DNA of 64,000 nucleotides from a virus (Duplodnaviria; Caudoviricetes): IMG/VR virus record IMGVR_UViG_2791355311_000001, positions 20,471 to 84,470 of that record; one strand, 5' to 3'. Shown piece by piece: positions 38,872 to 48,228 of this stretch (position 1 is its first letter; each line of letters starts with the position of its first letter). The notes under the pieces were generated by a model. It saw only the letters and a program-made list of their open reading frames with translations, ran no database searches and was not told where the DNA came from. The position numbers and the translations under genes were made by a program.

Positions 38872-39210
38872 ATGGCTAAAACATTAATAAGAAACAAGAT
38901 AGCTAGTAAAACTTTTGGTATGGCTTTGCCTGCTAGTGCTGAAACTGCAAAAGCTTTTGCTGATGTTGCTCTTGAGGGTGAATATGCAATATTTGAAAGA
39001 AAAAGTGAGCAAGGTAATGATACCGAAGCCCAAGTTATAGAATATGTTGTTACTGGTAAGAGTGAGGCAGGTTTTAAAACAACATTTAGTTTTTATGCAA
39101 ATGCTAACAAAACAGAAGTTGATATTAAAACTGCTCTTTTAGAAAAAACTTTCAACGGTGTTAAGTTTGATGAAATTTATATAATTTCGGCTAAATATGT
39201 TAAAGGTTAA
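38872..39210 (+). CDS. Candidate structural protein (paralog 3 of 3)
   Basis: AAAGGA RBS, similar length and pattern. Confidence 0.7.
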   Translation: MAKTLIRNKIASKTFGMALPASAETAKAFADVALEGEYAIFERKSEQGNDTEAQVIEYVVTGKSEAGFKTTFSFYANANKTEVDIKTALLEKTFNGVKFDEIYIISAKYVKG

Positions 39211-39221
39211 TAAACATTAAT

Positions 39222-39452
39222 ATGCAATCTTTAACAAATGAATATTTAGAGTTAGTGCTAACTGCACTAGCTCTTTTCTTATCTGGTCTCAATTGGTTTA
39301 TATCTCAAAAATTATCAAGTTTTTCTTATAGACTTGATAAGATAGAAACATCTTATACTGACACTTATCAGATAAAAGCAGATATACAGCTATTAAAAGA
39401 AAAAATAGATTTCATTATTGAGATGTGTAAAGATAATAATAAAAAGGTTTAA
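39222..39452 (+). CDS. Holin-like protein
   Basis: N-terminal TM plus coiled coil, ends 2 nt before the endolysin. Confidence 0.6.
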   Translation: MQSLTNEYLELVLTALALFLSGLNWFISQKLSSFSYRLDKIETSYTDTYQIKADIQLLKEKIDFIIEMCKDNNKKV

Positions 39453-39454
39453 CT

Positions 39455-39796
39455 ATGCCGTTAGGAAAAGAACAAGAAGATTTCACTAAAGATTTAAATA
39501 AATTACTTACATATTTACATAATAATAACTATAATGTAAGATGTGGTGAACTATTTAGAACACAAGAACAACAAGAAATTTACTATCAAAGAAAACTAAC
39601 TAAAACAAAAAATAGCTATCATACAAAAAAATTAGCTATTGATTTATTTATATTCAAAAACGATACATGGTTAAAAACCAAAGAGCAATTACAACCAATA
39701 GGGGATTATTGGGAGAGCTTAAACAACATAAACAAATGGGGTGGTAATTATAACAGTTTTATAGACTGTGTACATTTTGAAAGAAGAGCAAAATAA
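39455..39796 (+). CDS. Endolysin, M15-family peptidase
   Basis: SYH-x6-D, WGG..DCVHFE; 70 of 113 residues identical to 17366-17710 by manual count. Confidence 0.88.
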   Translation: MPLGKEQEDFTKDLNKLLTYLHNNNYNVRCGELFRTQEQQEIYYQRKLTKTKNSYHTKKLAIDLFIFKNDTWLKTKEQLQPIGDYWESLNNINKWGGNYNSFIDCVHFERRAK

Positions 39797-39827
39797 GCTA
39801 AAATAAAAAACTACAATTTAAATACTC

Positions 39828-39833
39828 TTGACA
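39828..39833 (+). promoter_or_regulatory. -35 box of the circle-junction promoter
   Basis: Perfect TTGACA at the element's right end, with no -10 box at 17 nt in the integrated state. Confidence 0.85.
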
Positions 39834-39834
39834 T

Positions 39835-41265
39835 TTATCTTAAAATCTTCCCATTTGCTTTTTTAAGTTGCATTGCACCTTCCATATCTTGAAGTTGCAA
39901 ACAAACGCCAAGTTGATTACCAATGGCTCCCATTGCTTCCATTAGCCCCTGTTTTTGCACTTCTTTATTTAAAGCACCAATTCCCGTATTTAAACTAACT
40001 GCAAAAGATGGTATTTCATCTCTGCTATATCCCGCAAAGAAATCAGCGTTGCCATATTTCCAAACCAATTTTGCAAGTCTTTCAAATATAGGCTCAAAAA
40101 ATGTTTCGTTAAAAGTTCTAATATAACCTTGTATCCTAACGCTACCTTCATTCGCCATAATGCTAGCCATCGTTGCAGTTTCTTTTCTGTATGTACTTGC
40201 TCCATTTTGTTGAGGGCTTACACCACTTGCTTCGCTCATTTCTTGGTCTATTAAACTTACTGCTAGTTGTGCCACATTTAGATTAGGCGCAGGTAGCACT
40301 TGTAAGGCTGTTGGCTCATTTGTAAATATTGGCAAGCCTATCGTTTCTATTTGCTCCCTTGTAACATTTGCACTTGTGTTAACTACTATCTTTGGCTTTA
40401 ATGCCATATTGATACCATCTATAATTGAGTTTCTTGTAATGTTTATCTCGTCTTGTAAAGGTAAAATACTAGCAAGAGGTGGCTCACCATACACACAAAC
40501 AAAGTCTTGCTCGTTAAAATCTCTAACCTGTGGTGTCATATACCCAAAGATAAAGGGTTGTCCATCTTTTAGCTTAATGCCTTCTCTTAAAAGTGTTTCG
40601 TTAAATAAGGTTGAAACTTCCCATTCCCCATTGATTTGTTCGTAAATATCATATACTTCAAAACGCTCATAAGGCTTAAATTCAATATCATCAAGGCTTA
40701 ATAACACTTGTTCTTTTTTAAATATCTTTCTTTTTGCAAGTGCTAACAAATCATCAGCCGTTAAGATTAGTTTATTGACTATATAACGCACATCTCTTGG
40801 GCTTTTAGCATTTGGGTCAAAGTATATCTCATCTAATTCTATCTCTTCAATAATAGGCATATCACCAGACCAATATACCTTAGCCACGCTTGTTCCTAAG
40901 AACGGTATTTTTTGAAAGATTGGTGCAAATGTGTTATAAAGCTTTAGCATATCGGTGTAAATATCCAAAGCCTCTTGCCATTTGTCTATAACTTCTTGCT
41001 TAGAATTGATATAAGTTTGAAGTTTCGCAAAAGTATCATTGTTAAAATACGTTTCGCTTAAACTATCACTTATACGCTTAGCCTTTGCGTTTATCTTTGG
41101 TATATAAATGCGTGATTTGTTCCTTTTTGCAAGTGATGTTATCTGCTCTTGTTCTAGATTAAGCAAGTAAGCACTATTTAATTTATCAAAGCTAGGCTTA
41201 TACTTTTCAAAGCCGTCCTTCGCATTTGATAACAACTCTTGCAAATAAACTACATCTTTTCCCAT
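39835..41265 (-). pseudogene. Portal protein, N-terminal part, truncated by the insertion
   Basis: P22-like portal motifs; the stop codon lies inside the element's right end; intact length would be 540 aa. Confidence 0.9.
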
Positions 41266-41266
41266 A

Positions 41267-41548
41267 TCACTTTACCAAAGGTGTTACATCTTGCACGAAA
41301 TCGGTTATAAACTCATCATCTTTTAATGCATTTATAGCCTTTAAACTATCATCATCCATACCACCTGTTAAAGGTATTTTAGCGATAAGCTGAGCTGAGC
41401 CTATAACATCTCTCCAATACACACCCTTGCTTATATATTCAAGCATAATATCAGCCTTTTTCTTGCTAAGCTCATCGCCCCTTATATACTCATATTCGGG
41501 TATTTGTTTAACTTCTTGTAACTCTTCTTTAATCTCTTTCTTTGCCAT
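41267..41548 (-). CDS. Hypothetical phage protein
   Basis: Coupled ORF upstream of the portal. Confidence 0.6.
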   Translation of the reverse strand: MAKKEIKEELQEVKQIPEYEYIRGDELSKKKADIMLEYISKGVYWRDVIGSAQLIAKIPLTGGMDDDSLKAINALKDDEFITDFVQDVTPLVK

Positions 41549-41876
41549 TTTCTTGCTCCTTTTTCTTTATGTTAAAATATGTTGATTTGCTAACCCCAGT
41601 CATTTGCATAACTTTGTCCTTGCAAACACCTTTTTTAATTAGTCTCTTAACTAACTCAACCTTTGCCTTTTTCTTTGGAATATATTTAATACCGCTAGTT
41701 ATTTCGCAAATCATACTAGCGATAACAAGGCTAAGGTCTTCATCGTTTAGCTTAACTGCGTCCCTTATAACGCCCAAGCTTATGTTTTGCCGAATATATT
41801 CAAATTTCCAGTCCAAATTCAACCCAATTTTTGGACTATTCTCTTTTTTACCACGCGTTTTCACTATAAAATTCAT
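41529..41876 (-). CDS. HTH protein (start uncertain)
   Basis: VMQMTGVSKSTYFN. Confidence 0.55.
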   Translation of the reverse strand: MNFIVKTRGKKENSPKIGLNLDWKFEYIRQNISLGVIRDAVKLNDEDLSLVIASMICEITSGIKYIPKKKAKVELVKRLIKKGVCKDKVMQMTGVSKSTYFNIKKKEQENGKERD

Positions 41877-43173
41877 ATTCTTGCTCTATTTTGTTATAAT
41901 TTATGCCATCGTAAAAGCATAAAGCTAAACTATCAGCATAATCAGGACTCACCCCATAATCTTTTTTTATCTCTGTTTTTGGAATTATCAAATATCTATC
42001 TTGCTTATCATAAGCAAACTCAATCATCTGCAATTGTTTTTTTAGTTTTTCGCTGTGAGTTATTGCTAGTAAATGAAACTTCTCTTTTAAATTAAAATAC
42101 ATTTCAGCGCGTTTGTTAAAATATCTCTTTTGATTTGTTGCTTTAAAACTTGCCTTTGCTTCTACACAAACACCCCTTAAGCCCAAATCACAAAGCATAT
42201 CAAAGACACCAGCACCGACGCCTATAGTGTCTATGTATATCCATTTTGGTTTAATTTGGGCGAGGTTGTATTCCCTTAATATCTCTCTTGCAAGTTGTGT
42301 AACTGAATTAATCCTGTATGACTGAAACTCCGTTATATTGTAACCTTGCCTTTTGCATAAAACACTCTCATCATCGCCCTCACGTGCGACATCAAGACCC
42401 CACACATTCATATCATCGGGGTTAAAAGTTAGCTCTTTGTTAAACGCATTTTCAATCATTGAAACGCTAAACATTGCGTTGCTTGTAGTGTCTAAAAATT
42501 CGCCATATATCTCTTGTTTGACAACATCACTATCAGCGCCGCCTAGTTCCTCGATAAGTTCGTTGATTTCATTTTCTCTAAGCATTGGGTTATCAAAGCT
42601 AGAAACTTGATAATTAACCCAATCCTTTTCGTTTCTCATGCCTTTTATTGCTAAATCATAAAACTTATTCTTGCCTTTTGGAACACCACCTATAAAAGCC
42701 CTTGAATTAGGATAATCAAGCAACATAGGTCTTATTGCGTTATCCCAAAGATAGCTATTTTTTAAGATAATTCCTGCCTCGTTTAGTATAATGATGTCAT
42801 AGCCAAAGCCCTCTATATTTTCAGGTCTTTCAGCACTTCGCATATCTAAAAAAGCCTCGTTATTAAAGACTAAGCGTTTATCTTGTGAGTAGAATTTCCA
42901 AAAATCGCTAGGTAGTTGTTTTAATTCAGGTAAAAAATAACGCTCAAAATAACGCTGTAAGTTTGATGTGATAGTATCTACCCAAAGGATTTTCTTACCT
43001 TCAAGTAACCACTCAATACTAGCATTTGCTATCCCTTTTGTGTAGCCTACACGGCGACCTTTTTCAATTGTGGTAAATTTTGATTTGTTTTTAAAAAATA
43101 CTTCCCTTTGCCAAGGTGCATATTTTAAACTTATAGTTGCATCACTCATCATCAACCAATCCCTTACGCTCAA
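41848..43173 (-). CDS. terL: Terminase large subunit
   Basis: GRRVGYT Walker A, IILNEAG Walker B, PKGKN, GLDVAREGDD nuclease motif, SPDYADSL. Confidence 0.93.
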   Translation of the reverse strand: MSVRDWLMMSDATISLKYAPWQREVFFKNKSKFTTIEKGRRVGYTKGIANASIEWLLEGKKILWVDTITSNLQRYFERYFLPELKQLPSDFWKFYSQDKRLVFNNEAFLDMRSAERPENIEGFGYDIIILNEAGIILKNSYLWDNAIRPMLLDYPNSRAFIGGVPKGKNKFYDLAIKGMRNEKDWVNYQVSSFDNPMLRENEINELIEELGGADSDVVKQEIYGEFLDTTSNAMFSVSMIENAFNKELTFNPDDMNVWGLDVAREGDDESVLCKRQGYNITEFQSYRINSVTQLAREILREYNLAQIKPKWIYIDTIGVGAGVFDMLCDLGLRGVCVEAKASFKATNQKRYFNKRAEMYFNLKEKFHLLAITHSEKLKKQLQMIEFAYDKQDRYLIIPKTEIKKDYGVSPDYADSLALCFYDGINYNKIEQEYEFYSENAW

Positions 43174-43612
43174 TAGTTATTTTGTTATTGTTCTGTTGTG
43201 CGTTTGTGTTGTTTATTATCGTATTTGCTTCTTTACCAAGCACCGTTTCTTTATTTCTTGCTGTTATTCTGCTGTGTGCTTCTACATCTTGTATCGTGTC
43301 TGCCATCTCCAAAAGCTCATTTGCTTTTTTTTGATTTGCTAAGGCGATATTTTGAAAATAGATTAAATGTTTGGTTCTTTCTTCCACCACTTCGTGAAAA
43401 GCTTTCACTTCTTTTTCATTTAGCTTTGCTAGCTCTGTTTTTATCGCGACTTCAGTTTTCACAAGTTCTTTTAAATTTTGTTCTACATCTTTGCAAAGAT
43501 TATAAACAAAGCCAACACTAACATCATATTTTATTGATAGTTGATTTTTAGATGCACCAGTTTTATATTCAGCTACAATTTTGTCTTTTAAATCTTGTGT
43601 AATTTTTTTCAT
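43142..43612 (-). CDS. terS: Terminase small subunit
   Basis: N-terminal HTH, directly upstream of terL. Confidence 0.7.
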   Translation of the reverse strand: MKKITQDLKDKIVAEYKTGASKNQLSIKYDVSVGFVYNLCKDVEQNLKELVKTEVAIKTELAKLNEKEVKAFHEVVEERTKHLIYFQNIALANQKKANELLEMADTIQDVEAHSRITARNKETVLGKEANTIINNTNAQQNNNKITIERKGLVDDE

Positions 43613-43613
43613 T

Positions 43614-43964
43614 TCAGCTCTCTATAAAAACCGCATTGATTTTTTTATCAGCAATTAATTTTTTAAGCATTTTTGCTTTTAATTTATATTCAGTAGTCTT
43701 AAAACCTTTGACATCTTCTATAAACATCACATCTCCTTTTTTGTAAGTAAAATCAGCAATGTATTTAATATCCCTTATGCGCTCAAATCCGCTTTTAGTT
43801 TTATCACTTGGCACTTTAAAACTCTCTTGCAATACAAAAGGCACTTGTTCTTTAAGCTCGCTTATTTGCTTAGCACTCTGTAAGAGCCTTAGCTCATTAG
43901 CTCTTTTAGCTTCTTTCTTGCTATCATAGCCTTTTGATTTTGTGTTGTGATATTTGCTAACCAA
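43614..43964 (-). CDS. DUF1064-family endonuclease
   Basis: SKYHN, DSKKEA.R, IKYIADF.Y, EDVKG..T..YKLK. Confidence 0.85.
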   Translation of the reverse strand: MVSKYHNTKSKGYDSKKEAKRANELRLLQSAKQISELKEQVPFVLQESFKVPSDKTKSGFERIRDIKYIADFTYKKGDVMFIEDVKGFKTTEYKLKAKMLKKLIADKKINAVFIES

Positions 43965-43965
43965 T

Positions 43966-44376
43966 TCAAGCTCCTTGCACGATTTGATTTATTTGTGATA
44001 GTAAAAATTCATAGCCTTTAGTGTTGTTACATTTGATGTTTGACATTTTTGAAATAGTTTCTTTTAAAATTTCAATCCTATCCCTTGCTTCATCTATGAC
44101 TTTCTCAAACTCACTCATCATTTTCCCTTTTTTCTTGATTGGCATTATGCAATTGTCAAGTATTGTGTCTATTTGTTCTGAAATATCAGCCAACCCTAAC
44201 TGTTTATCTCTCTCCCAAACGTCACATAATTTTGTATTTATTCTCTTGTAAACAGCATCAGGATTTACTGGTCTTGTTGAATTGTTTAAATCTTTTAATT
44301 GTTCTTGTTGCACCATTTTCTCAAACCTTTCAAGTTCTTTAATCATCTCTTCAAATGTAGCAAATGCTCTTACCAT
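43966..44376 (-). CDS. Hypothetical protein, homolog of 10293-10685
   Basis: Shared motifs. Confidence 0.75.
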   Translation of the reverse strand: MVRAFATFEEMIKELERFEKMVQQEQLKDLNNSTRPVNPDAVYKRINTKLCDVWERDKQLGLADISEQIDTILDNCIMPIKKKGKMMSEFEKVIDEARDRIEILKETISKMSNIKCNNTKGYEFLLSQINQIVQGA

Positions 44377-44564
44377 AAGCTTTTTTCTCCACCTTCATTT
44401 AACTTTTTTTGCTCTTTGTCAATTATCTTGTTTAATTCTTGCAGTTTGTAAAATGCTAATAGTTGATCAACTTCACGGACAAGTTTTTTGTTTTCATCAA
44501 ACAATCTAACTTTAAAGCCGTTTGGCTCTTTCTCTAAGCTCACAAACTTGATAATTCTTCTCAC
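44370..44564 (-). CDS. Hypothetical protein, homolog of 10102-10296
   Basis: Shared motifs. Confidence 0.7.
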   Translation of the reverse strand: MRRIIKFVSLEKEPNGFKVRLFDENKKLVREVDQLLAFYKLQELNKIIDKEQKKLNEGGEKSLW

Positions 44565-44565
44565 G

Positions 44566-45183
44566 CTAAGCCCTTTTTAATGCTAATTTATTGCTTAATT
44601 GCTTAACCATACTCGCAACTTGTTTATTTTGTGGGATAAGCTCTTGTTTGTGTTCTATTGCTGGTGTTTCTTCTTCATAGCTAGGATTGATATATTCAAC
44701 ATTCCCTATCTTGTGTTGATTTTCAAATAGCCAATTAAAAATTTGTGCTGTTTCATCACTTGTCAGCCTTTGGAAAGTGCCATTATCAAGCACGACAAAG
44801 TTATTTCGTAAATTACCATCACTATCAACGCTTATAATCACAAAATCTTTAAAACCACTGCCTTTACCGCAGTTGCAAAGCAATTGCTCTTTATAGGTTT
44901 TCTTGCAAAACTCAGCTAAACCATCAACGCTTTGAAAGTATCTAAGCCCTTTTGCTTGTGCTTTAGCTAATAGGAGTTTACCCCACTCGTTTAATGCTTT
45001 GTTTAAAAGCATATCCGTGTTTTGATAATTTTCTCTAAAGCTATCAGCAAAGATTGAAAACTCTACAAGTTTATCTGTCGGTATTTGTTGTAGCCTTAGT
45101 GCGTACTTCTCCAATCTTGCTTTTGGTAAAAATCCTTTGCTATCTCCAAAAAGTTCGCAAATTTTTTGCTCTCTAAAATCCAT
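44566..45183 (-). CDS. Replication accessory protein (position of a helicase loader)
   Basis: Coupled downstream of the replication initiator. Confidence 0.5.
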   Translation of the reverse strand: MDFREQKICELFGDSKGFLPKARLEKYALRLQQIPTDKLVEFSIFADSFRENYQNTDMLLNKALNEWGKLLLAKAQAKGLRYFQSVDGLAEFCKKTYKEQLLCNCGKGSGFKDFVIISVDSDGNLRNNFVVLDNGTFQRLTSDETAQIFNWLFENQHKIGNVEYINPSYEEETPAIEHKQELIPQNKQVASMVKQLSNKLALKRA

Positions 45184-46129
45184 TAAAAAATCCCTCCCTA
45201 TTATTTTTCATAGCGTATTCCAGCATTTCATCAGCAAAACCCGGTTTACTAAACGGGTTGCTTGAGTCCAAAAACGCTTGAAACTCCTCCTGTGGTGTTG
45301 CGTATTTAGGTGGCTCATAAGAGCTAACCTCAACATCGTTATAAACTTCAACTTGATTGTTTTGTTGTTTATAGCCTTGATTGTTTTGTTGTGCTTTTGG
45401 TTTAAACACTCCTTGCCAGTCATTTGCCATTGTTTCGATTATGCACTGGTTAACATCAATTCCTTCATCGTGCCATTTTTGCCATTGTGAGAATTTTCTT
45501 TTTATGCCTGTAAGAGTAATTTTTTCTTTTCTCTCTTTTCTGTAAGCTAAAAAATCACTCCAAACTTCAGGATTTAAAAAAGCAGGTAAATCAATTTCAA
45601 GTTTTTGAGATTTTTCTTTTTTATTTTTTTCTTTCTCTGTAGTAGTCTCTGTTGTAATCTCTGTAGTAATCTCTGCATTATAGTAAGGGATTTGTGAATT
45701 TAACTCGTCTTGTTTAGTGAATTTCACTAATCTGTTATCGTTAATTTCACTCATCTTGTTTTGTTGATTTAACTCATCTTGTTTTGTTGAATTAACTGAA
45801 CTTGTTTGTGCCTTTTTAGTTCTATCTTGAAAAGTTTTTTCATACAATTCCCAGTCAATTTCGTAAAAAGTTCTAGCAGGTACTCCCTCTCTGCTAATTT
45901 TTACAAAGCCAACATCTTTTAATGCTTTCTTTGCACTTCTTAGCTCATTTACTGTTAGCCTTGTTTCGGCTATTATATCGCTATCAGTTTTAAAGAATTT
46001 ATCTTGTTTTGCAAACCAATACATAAGCTGAGACAACAATATTCCTGCAGTTGTAGAGCCTGTAATCTCCCCATAAATAGGATAATAAGCTATCGGTCTT
46101 TGATTTAACTCCCTTAATACATCTTTCAT
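45173..46129 (-). CDS. Replication initiator / replisome organiser (lambda O-like layout)
   Basis: AGILLSQL.YW winged helix, TEITTE linker, W.DF..YRK, NDWQG.F; internal DNA repeats. Confidence 0.8.
   Translation of the reverse strand: MKDVLRELNQRPIAYYPIYGEITGSTTAGILLSQLMYWFAKQDKFFKTDSDIIAETRLTVNELRSAKKALKDVGFVKISREGVPARTFYEIDWELYEKTFQDRTKKAQTSSVNSTKQDELNQQNKMSEINDNRLVKFTKQDELNSQIPYYNAEITTEITTETTTEKEKNKKEKSQKLEIDLPAFLNPEVWSDFLAYRKERKEKITLTGIKRKFSQWQKWHDEGIDVNQCIIETMANDWQGVFKPKAQQNNQGYKQQNNQVEVYNDVEVSSYEPPKYATPQEEFQAFLDSSNPFSKPGFADEMLEYAMKNNREGFFNGF
45692..45808. repeat. Iterons inside the initiator gene (probable origin of prophage B)
   Basis: About 21-bp imperfect tandem units ATTTAACTCATCTTGTTTTGTTG / ATTTAACTCGTCTTGTTTAGTG. 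Confidence 0.7.
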
Positions 46130-46151
46130 CTTTAAACCCTTTCAACAACTT

Positions 46152-46388
46152 TTAAAATTTGAGTATCTTTGTTTGTATATTTGTCTTTTTTGTTTCCGCA
46201 AACTCTGGAGCTAATAGCTCATTTACACGACCACAAACACTGCACTCTTTAAGCTTGTACCATCTGGCTATCTCTTGTCTTGTAGCTCCGTTTTCGTGTT
46301 GTGTAAAAAGCTCATAAACTGCTTTTCTTTTACCGCTTAAAAACGGTCTAATAGCTCTGTAAGCTCTTCTTGAAGTATCTGCTATCAT
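46152..46388 (-). CDS. Small winged-HTH protein
   Basis: GATRQEIA...SVCGRVNEL. Confidence 0.7.
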   Translation of the reverse strand: MIADTSRRAYRAIRPFLSGKRKAVYELFTQHENGATRQEIARWYKLKECSVCGRVNELLAPEFAETKKTNIQTKILKF

Positions 46389-46474
46389 TAATTAAGCTCC
46401 TTATTGACTTTCAGATAAATCCTCTGTAAAATTACCTAGCGACCAAGCATAGGAAATTTACACAAAGGACTTAT

Positions 46475-46672
46475 ATGACAGACAACGAACTATTACTAGA
46501 ACTAACTAAACTCGCTATACAAAACAAAGCTTTGTATATAGAAAATACTAAAAACAACGGACAAGATGGTAATTTCTCATCACCCGTAACTCTCCACGAA
46601 GGAGTTAAGGTTGTTGAAGATATAGCAAACATCTTTAACACCCTTAAAGAAAAAATCATTACGAACAAGTAG
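46475..46672 (+). CDS. Small moron-like protein in opposite orientation
   Basis: AAAGGA RBS; ELLLELTKLAI. Confidence 0.5.
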   Translation: MTDNELLLELTKLAIQNKALYIENTKNNGQDGNFSSPVTLHEGVKVVEDIANIFNTLKEKIITNK

Positions 46673-47021
46673 GCGGCTGAGGCTTAAAGAAATACGCCTC
46701 AACTATCTCTATAATCCTATCTCGGTCGTGCTGATAGTCCCATTCGTGAAGTATTTTGATAATCTTTTTAGCACTCTTCATTCTCTTTTTCCTGCGTTCT
46801 TTTAACTCTACGCTTTCTGGTCTCATCTTTTACCTTTCTCTGTTGTCATATCTTCTAGTATCTTTGCTATTGTTTGAGTTTCAAGCTCTTTATCAATTAA
46901 AACTTTTACAAAATCCAAACAAAACCTTATAACCTCGCTATCGTTCTTAAAGCCTTTCTTTTTTTGAATTTCCAAAATGTTATAAATATTTTGGTTTGAA
47001 AGCTTAAAGGTTTTTGATATG

Positions 47022-47342
47022 TCATACTTTTGTGTTGTCATTGTGTTGCTTTCGTAATGTTTTAATCGCCCCAAATCTTTCGCTATTATTATCAAAATTA
47101 GGGGCTAGTATTTGCTCAATAGTTATTTTACTTTTGGTAATTTTTGTTAAAAAAGCACTTGTTTGCAACAAATGTTTTTTAGGGACACTGCCAACATTAA
47201 ACCAATTAGCTACTTGTTGTCTGGTTGCTCCTACATTTCTTGCATATTCTGCTTTGCTAACAGAATTTACTTTTAGTATGTGTTCTATAAATTTTGTCTC
47301 ATTCATGGGTGATATTGTACATAATTTTTTTACCTTTGTCAA
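47022..47342 (-). CDS. Cro-like regulator
   Basis: SKAEYARNVGATRQQVANW; divergent from the repressors. Confidence 0.7.
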   Translation of the reverse strand: MTKVKKLCTISPMNETKFIEHILKVNSVSKAEYARNVGATRQQVANWFNVGSVPKKHLLQTSAFLTKITKSKITIEQILAPNFDNNSERFGAIKTLRKQHNDNTKV

Positions 47343-47420
47343 TATTAAAATGTACTTATAGTAAAAGATTTATGTACGTAATATTAGATAAAATAGCAAA
47401 ATGTTTTAAGGAGTTAAAAA

Positions 47421-48113
47421 ATGGCTGATGGAATTAAGTACTCTATTGTTGAAGAAGCATTAGAAATAATAAACAAAACAAATGTTGATTTTTATAAATA
47501 CATAGGTCTAACAAGACAACAAGATAACAATAATAAAAAAGTTGGTTATTACCCTATCAAGTATATTAAAGAAATTGCAAGTTTTTTTAATGTATCCGCA
47601 GATGTATTATTAGATGAAACATTGATAAAAACACTAAAAGAAAAAAAGAATGGAAAGCACAAAAAACCAATAAAAACAATAACAAATGACAACACAGTAA
47701 ATGTCCCATTTTTTAAAAATGGTGTTGTCTCAGCTGGTTTTGGTAATGAAAATGATGATATGGGCGATTATGAGTTATTACCTTTTAATCCTGAGGATTT
47801 AAAGATTATGTTTAATGTTTCTCCAAATGCCAAAATAGGCATTATACCTTGCTTTGGTAACTCAATGGAGCCAACCATAAAAGAAAGCGATTTGATAGCA
47901 TTTTGTGTTGATGGTGCCGACATCGTTGAAGGTGCTATTTATATTTGTAAATATGACAATGAACTATTTGTAAAAAGAATTAAAAAACGACCAAAATTAG
48001 CACTATTAAGTGATAACAAAGACTATGAGCCTATTTTAGTTGATGAAGCTTTAGAAGTGCAAATAATAGGTCGTGTTGTTGGTTGCTATTCTATAAATAG
48101 CAAAAGAATTTAA
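47421..48113 (+). CDS. CI/LexA-like repressor with S24 peptidase domain
   Basis: SAGFG cleavage site, GNSMEPTI, FVKRI, IIGRVV. Confidence 0.9.
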   Translation: MADGIKYSIVEEALEIINKTNVDFYKYIGLTRQQDNNNKKVGYYPIKYIKEIASFFNVSADVLLDETLIKTLKEKKNGKHKKPIKTITNDNTVNVPFFKNGVVSAGFGNENDDMGDYELLPFNPEDLKIMFNVSPNAKIGIIPCFGNSMEPTIKESDLIAFCVDGADIVEGAIYICKYDNELFVKRIKKRPKLALLSDNKDYEPILVDEALEVQIIGRVVGCYSINSKRI

Positions 48114-48228
48114 AAAAAGGAAAGATAATAAAACAAGAAATATCAATCAAATCAGTAAAAGACTTAATTTTGTTAATATGAATTATCATTTTGTTAAGTA
48201 AAATTAACTTTTTTATAAAGGATAGAGA

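Larger units (their letters stand above)
29111..39848 (+). mobile_element. 10.7-kb IS110 bridge-recombinase element carrying a rolling-circle mini-phage/satellite gene set
   Basis: CT core (inside AATCTT) at both ends, split portal gene, split promoter, guide matches, all genes on + strand opposite to the host operon. Confidence 0.92.

Noticed and set aside
29111-39848. Calling the element an inovirus or microvirus
   Set aside because: No Zot/pI ATPase motif and no large jelly-roll capsid ORF recognised; a holin-endolysin pair is atypical of inoviruses
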